Assembly: GCA_041082215.1 (NCBI GenBank)
Contig: JBDOIF010000102.1
Coordinates: 1 to 41,554 of the forward strand
Direction of reading: 5' to 3'
DNA length: 41,554 nucleotides
From: Anaerolineae bacterium
GTDB lineage: Bacteria; Chloroflexota; Anaerolineae; B4-G1; DUEL01
Below, in pieces: positions 36,109 through 41,554 of the stretch. How positions within the stretch are numbered: position 1 is the first letter of the stretch; the number at the start of each line of letters is the position of its first letter. Below the pieces are notes generated by a model. It had not been told where the DNA came from and did not search any database. It saw only the letters and a program-made list of their open reading frames with translations. A program made the translations under genes and the position numbers.

Positions 36109-38400
36109 ATGAAAGGACGCAGGATTCTGACGGCTGCCGCTGCGATGGTGATGCTTCTGGCGACCGCAGCCCCTGCCCTGGCAGATGGGGTGATCATCCC
36201 CGACCCCCCGCCGATACCGATGCCGGAACCGGTCTGGCTGACCATCCGCTACCACCACGTCACCGTCACCATTGAGGACCAGGTGGCGATCACCCGGGTG
36301 GACCAGGTCTTCGTCAACGACCACGACTGGGAGGTGGAGGGGACCTACGTCTTTCCGCTGCCGCCCGGGGCGACGGTCTCCAGCTTTACGATGTGGGTGG
36401 ACGGAGAGCCCATCGAGGCGGAGGTGCTCCCCGCTGACCAGGCCCGCGCTATCTATGAGGACATCGTCCGGCAGCGGCGCGACCCGGCGCTCCTGGAGTA
36501 CGTGGGGCGGGATGTCGTCCGGGCCCGCATTTTCCCCATCCCTCCTGGCCAGGAGCGGCGCGTCGAGCTGGAATACACCCAGGTCCTGCCGGCGGAGGAT
36601 GGGTTGATCCGTTATGTCTATCCACTGGATACCGAGCGGTTCTCTGCCCGCCCCCTGGAGGAGGTCTCCATCCACGTCGAAATCCGCTCCCCTGACCCCA
36701 TCCGCGCCGTCTACTCCCCTACCCACCAGGACCGGGTGTTCATCGAGCGGGAGGGGGAATACCAGGCGACGATAGGGTACGAGGAAAAGGATGTCCGGCC
36801 TGACCAGGACTTCGAGCTGATCTACACGGTCAATCCGGAGGACGTGGGGCTGAACCTGCTTTCGTACCGCGAACCGGACGACGATGGCTTCTTCCTGCTC
36901 CTTGTCGCCCCCACTGTGGAGACGAAGGGCCGTGTCCAGCCCAGGGATATCCTGCTGGTGCTGGACATCTCCGGCTCGATGGAGGGGGAAAAGCTCCAGC
37001 AGGCCAAGGACGCGCTGGCCTATATCCTGGAACACCTGAACCCTGAGGACCGGTTCAATGTGATCGCCTTTTCCACTGGCCTTCAGACCTATGCCCGTAA
37101 CCTCCGCCCGGCCTCCGGGGCGGAAGAGGCGACCCGGTGGGTGGAGCGGCTGGCAGCGGTGGGCGGCACCGATATCAACCGGGCGCTGCTGGAGGCGCTG
37201 GCCCAGGCCGACCCGGAGCGGCCGACGGTGCTTATCTTCCTCACCGATGGTCAGCCCACCGAGGGGGTGACGGAGATCGAGCAGATCCTGGCCAACGTCC
37301 GTGCGGCGGCCGGCGCCAACGTCCGCCTCTTTGCCTTCGGGGTGGGAGACGACGTCAACACGGCGCTGCTCGATGGGCTTGCGGCAAACCACCGGGGGAC
37401 GACCGGTTATGTCCGGCCCTACGAGCAGGTGGATGAAGAGGTGTCCGCCTTCTACGCCAGGATCAGCACCCCCGTTCTCACCGACATCGCGCTCGACTTC
37501 GACGGCGTCACCGTGTACGACACCTACCCCGACCCCCTGCCCGACCTCTTCGCCGGCACCCAGCTGGTCCTGGCAGGCCGTTACCGGGAGGGAGGCGCGG
37601 CCCGCATCACCCTCACCGGAGAAGTGGAGGGGGAGCAGCGGACGTTCCACTACGAGGGGAGCTTCCGCTCCGGGGGCGGCGACGACTTCATCCCCCGCCT
37701 CTGGGCCGCGCGGAAGATCGGCTACCTGCTCACCCAGATCCGGCTCCACGGAGAGCAGAAGGAATGGGTGGACGCGGTGGTCGAGCTGAGCACCCGCTAC
37801 GGTATCATCACCCCTTACACCTCCTTCCTGATCCAGGAGGACCTGTGGACGGAGGCAGGGCGGGAGGAGGCTGTGGAAGCCCTGAGGGCGCTGCCGACGG
37901 CGCCGCTCTTCGGCGCACCGGCGGTGGAGGAGGCGGAGGCCCAGGCTGCCCTGCGCGGGGCGGACGGCTTTGGCGTGGGGATGTTGCCGGAAGAGGCCGC
38001 CCAGGCGGTGCGCTACGTGGGGAGCAAGACCTTCGTACTGCGGGATGGGGTGTGGACCGACACCACCTACGATCCCGAACGGATGGTCCCCGTACAGGTG
38101 GGCTTTGGCAGCGAGGCCTACTTCGACCTGCTGACGAACCATCCGGAATGGGGGGAATACCTGGCGCTGGGCGAGCGGGTCCTCTTTGTGGCCGAAGGGA
38201 TGGCCTGTGAGGTGGTGGGGGGAGGGGTCGAACCCTCTACGGGGTCGGCTCCAACGGAGACTTTGCCACCCTCTCCGACGGCCCCGCCCGCGGATGAGCC
38301 GGTTCCACAGGAGCCGGGCGGCGGCCTGTGCCTCGGCGCTGTGTTGATGGTGCTGATCGCAGCCGCGGCGGCCCTCCTCTGGCAGCGGGTGTGGAAGTAG
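36109..38400 (+). CDS. Secreted VIT and vWA domain protein with C-terminal membrane anchor
   Basis: Signal peptide, VIT domain (VDQVFVN...EGTYVFPLP...RDPALLEY), MIDAS DISGS, GGTDI, FLTDGQPT, RLWA, TPYTSFL, C-terminal TM. Confidence 0.9.
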   Translation: MKGRRILTAAAAMVMLLATAAPALADGVIIPDPPPIPMPEPVWLTIRYHHVTVTIEDQVAITRVDQVFVNDHDWEVEGTYVFPLPPGATVSSFTMWVDGEPIEAEVLPADQARAIYEDIVRQRRDPALLEYVGRDVVRARIFPIPPGQERRVELEYTQVLPAEDGLIRYVYPLDTERFSARPLEEVSIHVEIRSPDPIRAVYSPTHQDRVFIEREGEYQATIGYEEKDVRPDQDFELIYTVNPEDVGLNLLSYREPDDDGFFLLLVAPTVETKGRVQPRDILLVLDISGSMEGEKLQQAKDALAYILEHLNPEDRFNVIAFSTGLQTYARNLRPASGAEEATRWVERLAAVGGTDINRALLEALAQADPERPTVLIFLTDGQPTEGVTEIEQILANVRAAAGANVRLFAFGVGDDVNTALLDGLAANHRGTTGYVRPYEQVDEEVSAFYARISTPVLTDIALDFDGVTVYDTYPDPLPDLFAGTQLVLAGRYREGGAARITLTGEVEGEQRTFHYEGSFRSGGGDDFIPRLWAARKIGYLLTQIRLHGEQKEWVDAVVELSTRYGIITPYTSFLIQEDLWTEAGREEAVEALRALPTAPLFGAPAVEEAEAQAALRGADGFGVGMLPEEAAQAVRYVGSKTFVLRDGVWTDTTYDPERMVPVQVGFGSEAYFDLLTNHPEWGEYLALGERVLFVAEGMACEVVGGGVEPSTGSAPTETLPPSPTAPPADEPVPQEPGGGLCLGAVLMVLIAAAAALLWQRVWK

Positions 38401-38423
38401 AAGCGCAGCGTGCTGTGCACCCC

Positions 38424-38458
38424 GCAGGACAACTCCACAGGAGTTGTCCTGCTTTTTT
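38424..38458 (+). terminator. Rho-independent terminator (REP-like stem)
   Basis: GCAGGACAACTCC-aca-GGAGTTGTCCTGC followed by TTTTTT. Confidence 0.8.
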
Positions 38459-38555
38459 ATCTCGGCATATGACCCATCTTGTGACCTCCGGCACTACCGG
38501 ATATGACCCTCCCCGGTGTATCCTGTAGTTGCATAGACCAACCAGGGAGGTTCTG

Positions 38556-39497
38556 ATGTCCGATCCTATTCTGATCGTTCAGGCCCTGCGGAAGTCCTAC
38601 GGAGAGATCGAGGCCGTGCGGGGCGTCTCCTTTCAGATCGCCCGGGGGGAGATATTCGGGCTTCTCGGCCCTAATGGGGCGGGTAAGACCACCCTCATCT
38701 CCATGCTCTCCGGCCTGCTGGAGCCGGATGAGGGCCGGGTCCTTATCGGCGGACTGGAGTTGAGCCGCCATCCCCGTGCTGTCAAGGGCCGGATCGGGCT
38801 GGTCCCTCAAGAGCTGGCCCTCTATCCCACGCTGTCGGCCCGGGACAACCTCCTTTTCTTCGGACGGATCTATGGCCTGCGGGGGAGGCGTCTCCGGGAG
38901 CGGGTGGAGGGGGCGCTGGAGATTGTCCAGTTGACCGACCGGGCGAAGGACCGGGTGGATACCTTTTCCGGCGGGATGAAGCGCCGCCTCAACATCGCCG
39001 CCGGGCTGCTCCACGAGCCGGAGGTCCTGTTCCTGGACGAGCCGACGGTGGGGGTGGATCCCCAGAGCCGCAACGCCATCTTCGAAAGCGTCCAGGCGCT
39101 CAACCGCGCCGGGATGACCATCCTTTACACGACCCATTATATGGAGGAGGCCCAGCGGCTGTGCCATCGCGTCGCCATTATGGACCACGGCCAGATCATC
39201 GCGCTGGATACCCCCTCGGCGCTGGTCCGCAGCCTGGGGGCAGGCCTCATCCGCGTGCGGCTGCCCGATCCGGCAGCCGATGCGGTGATCGCACGGATGG
39301 GTCACCTCCCGGCGGTCAAGGCGGTCCGTCGGCAGGACGGCTACCTCCATATCGAGACCCACCATATCCAGGAGGCCCTCGCCGGCCTGATCACCGCCGT
39401 AGCGGAGACGGACAGCACAATCGGTTCGCTGGAGATCCTGGAGCCCAACTTGGAGACTGCTTTCCTCCACCTCACCGGAAAGCGGTTGCGCGATTAG
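38556..39497 (+). CDS. ABC transporter ATP-binding protein (DrrA/LnrL-like exporter)
   Basis: GPNGAGKT, FSGGMKRR, LDEPTVGVD, TTHYMEE; GGAGG RBS before MSDPI. Confidence 0.95.
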   Translation: MSDPILIVQALRKSYGEIEAVRGVSFQIARGEIFGLLGPNGAGKTTLISMLSGLLEPDEGRVLIGGLELSRHPRAVKGRIGLVPQELALYPTLSARDNLLFFGRIYGLRGRRLRERVEGALEIVQLTDRAKDRVDTFSGGMKRRLNIAAGLLHEPEVLFLDEPTVGVDPQSRNAIFESVQALNRAGMTILYTTHYMEEAQRLCHRVAIMDHGQIIALDTPSALVRSLGAGLIRVRLPDPAADAVIARMGHLPAVKAVRRQDGYLHIETHHIQEALAGLITAVAETDSTIGSLEILEPNLETAFLHLTGKRLRD

Positions 39498-39507
39498 GAG
39501 GTAGAGA

Positions 39508-40770
39508 ATGCTGAGGCAAATCCTGGCCCTTGTCTGGAAGGACCTTAAAGTCTTCTTCAGGGATCGCGGGGGAGTGATTGTAATCTTCCTCCAGCCCTTT
39601 ATGTTCATCGTTGTAATGAGCTACGCCCTTTCCGGTATGTACACTCCCGGCGAAGATCAGATCCATATCCTGGCGGTGAACGAAGATCGGGGGAGCCGGG
39701 CGGCGGCCGTGCTGGAGCAGTTGGATGATATGGAAGCCCTGCAGGTGGAGATGAGCTGGGAAGGCCAGCCGCTGACCCGTCAGATGGCGGAATCGCTCAT
39801 CGTCCAGGGGGAGCGAAGCATGGCCCTGGTCTTCCCGGCCGACTTCTCTGCCGCCCTGGAGCAGGACCCTGTGGCGGGGGAGCGGCAAACGACAGAGGTC
39901 CTGTTCATCGCCGACCCGGCCACGCCGGATTCGGTCGTCGAGCCGGTCCTGGGGACGCTGCGCGGGCTGCTGGAGCGGAGCGTCTATGCGGCGATGACAC
40001 CCAGAGGGCTGGACCTCCTCTTCGAGCGGCTGGCACCCCAGGTCCCTGCAGACCAGCGGGAGGCGTTCAAGTCCCAGGCTCAGGCGGCGATGTCTGGCGG
40101 CCTGCTGGGGGAGGAAGAGCCGGTGGTCACGGTAACGCGGGCCGTGCCAGGCCAGATGCGGGTCGAGCAGTTTCCGGATACCTTCCAGCAGAACGTCCCC
40201 GGCTACACGATCTACGGCATCTTCTGGATCGTGAGCCTGCTGGCCGGGTCGGTCCTGCAGGAGAAGCGGGAGGGCACCTTTCGGCGGCTGCTGGCGGCCC
40301 CGATGGGCCGGGCGACGATGCTGGTCGGCAAGCTGCTGCCCTACTACATCATCAACCTGATCCAACTGGCGGTGATGCTGGGGGCGTCCAGCCTGCTGTT
40401 TGGGATGGACCTGGGTCGTTCGCCGGCCGGGCTGGTGATGGTCAGCCTGGCAGCGGCCGCGACGGCCACCGGCCTGGGAGTGCTGGTGGCAGCCCTGGCC
40501 CGCACCGAGTCGCAGGCCGGTGGCCTCACGGTCCTGCTGCTGCTCTCCCTGTCGGCCCTGGGTGGCTGTTTTGTGCCCCGCTTCGTGATGCCGGAATGGC
40601 TGCAGCAGGCGGGGCTGATGACTCCCCACGCCTGGGCGCTGGATGCCTACCAGGACCTGTTCGTGCGCGGCTATGGGCTGGTGGAAGTGCTGCCCAAGGT
40701 AGGGGTCCTGCTGGCCTTCGCCGCCCTCTTCTTCGGCGTGGGCGTGTGGCGGTTCCGGTTCGAGAGGTAA
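39508..40770 (+). CDS. ABC-2 type transporter permease
   Basis: WKDLKVFFRD, QEKREGTFRRLLAAP, LGGCFVP, TPHAWA motifs. Confidence 0.92.
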   Translation: MLRQILALVWKDLKVFFRDRGGVIVIFLQPFMFIVVMSYALSGMYTPGEDQIHILAVNEDRGSRAAAVLEQLDDMEALQVEMSWEGQPLTRQMAESLIVQGERSMALVFPADFSAALEQDPVAGERQTTEVLFIADPATPDSVVEPVLGTLRGLLERSVYAAMTPRGLDLLFERLAPQVPADQREAFKSQAQAAMSGGLLGEEEPVVTVTRAVPGQMRVEQFPDTFQQNVPGYTIYGIFWIVSLLAGSVLQEKREGTFRRLLAAPMGRATMLVGKLLPYYIINLIQLAVMLGASSLLFGMDLGRSPAGLVMVSLAAAATATGLGVLVAALARTESQAGGLTVLLLLSLSALGGCFVPRFVMPEWLQQAGLMTPHAWALDAYQDLFVRGYGLVEVLPKVGVLLAFAALFFGVGVWRFRFER

Positions 40771-40818
40771 GAGCCAAATCTCCGTGGTGGACAAAATTAT
40801 TTATGAAGGAGGAATAAG

Positions 40819-41325
40819 ATGGAGAGAGAAGTTACACGCAATCGTCTGATCGCCGGGGTCGGCCTGATCATCGTGGGCCTGATGATCCTGGCAGCCCAGT
40901 TCGTCCGGTCCGACTGGCTGGGGTTCCTGTTCCTGCCCACATTGGGCCTGGTCTTCCTCGTCTGGGGAAGCGCTGCGCGGAACGTGGGGCTGCTGATCCC
41001 CGGAGGCATCCTGAGCGGGATCGGTCTGGGCGTGTTCCTCATCGAGAAGGGCATCCCCGGTCTGGAAGAGATGGGGAAGGGGGGCGTCTTCTTCCTGTCC
41101 TTTGGCCTGGGTTGGGGCCTCATCACCCTCCTCTCGGCGGTCTTCACGGACCGGGTTCACTGGTGGCCGCTGATCCCTGGCGGCATCATGGTCCTTTTCG
41201 GCGGGGCGCTGTGGATGGGGGGAGCGGCGCTGGAGGTTCTGAACTTCGTCGGCAGGTGGTGGCCTCTGGTCCTGATCGGCCTGGGACTCTGGCTGCTCCT
41301 CCGCCGGGGCATGCGCCCGCAGTAG
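40819..41325 (+). CDS. Hypothetical multi-pass membrane protein (LiaF/LiaI-like TM repeats)
   Basis: AAGGAGG RBS; repeated LIPGGI and WWPL(V/I) motifs, about six TM helices. Confidence 0.7.
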   Translation: MEREVTRNRLIAGVGLIIVGLMILAAQFVRSDWLGFLFLPTLGLVFLVWGSAARNVGLLIPGGILSGIGLGVFLIEKGIPGLEEMGKGGVFFLSFGLGWGLITLLSAVFTDRVHWWPLIPGGIMVLFGGALWMGGAALEVLNFVGRWWPLVLIGLGLWLLLRRGMRPQ

Positions 41326-41554
41326 GGGCGACCAGCCAGTCGCCCGCAGTAGGGGCGACCAGCCGGTCGCCCGCGGTAGGGGCGACCAGCCGGTCGCCCG
41401 CAGTAGGGGCGACCAGCCGGTTGCCCGCAGTAGGGGCGACCAGCCGGTTGCCCGCGGTAGGGGCGACCAGCCGGTTGCCCGCGGTAGGGGCGACCAGCCG
41501 GTCGCCCGCAGTAGGGGCGACCAGCCGGTCGCCCGCAGTAGGGGCGACCAGCCG
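41322..41554. repeat. Head-to-tail tandem array of 27-bp GTAG REP units, running off the window
   Basis: GTAGGGGCGACCAGCCGGT(C/T)GCCCGC(A/G) starts at 41322, 41349, 41376, 41403, 41430, 41457, 41484, 41511 and 41538 (8 full plus 1 partial). Confidence 0.92.

Noticed and set aside
32840..38142. Very long antisense ORFs (815 aa, 849 aa; likewise 1372-2889, 9750-11708, 15674-17833)
   Set aside because: They are shadows of well-supported genes on the opposite strand, expected at high GC, and show no recognisable motifs
41322..41554. Possible CRISPR array (27-bp palindromic repeats)
   Set aside because: Units are directly adjacent with no unique spacers, no cas genes are present, and the GTAG-hairpin form matches REPs

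Overview
GC-rich bacterial chromosomal segment. Gene repertoire and repeat style suggest Chloroflexota/Anaerolineae (inference, no marker gene present). It holds about 31 CDSs, mostly housekeeping or accessory: a CDP-alcohol phosphatidyltransferase-like protein, P-type cation ATPase, RecD2, patatin, M50-CBS protease, M20 and M32 peptidases, PpdK, an ECF sigma/anti-sigma pair, ABC-2 transporters, Ugd, a secreted clan-A glycoside hydrolase, GDT1, EF-P, a CDF transporter, UPF0182, a HAD hydrolase and a VIT-vWA protein. No rRNA, tRNA, CRISPR array or transposase was seen. The most interesting locus is 8496-12585: a MalT-like NTPase-TPR-wHTH/BTAD regulator, a terminator, and then three tiny ORFs. 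These are a 55-aa signal-peptide-bearing propeptide ending QMA|GPVVGGGSGA, a 67-aa NHLP-leader-like protein and a 76-aa unknown. The layout resembles a receptor plus propeptide (RRNPP-like) peptide-signalling cassette built on a SARP/STAND receptor. The intergenic DNA is also crowded with small palindromic or periodic elements: GTAG REPs that supply stop codons, a TIR-bounded MITE-like element that sits next to promoters, and mirrored 7/8/9-nt repeat arrays.
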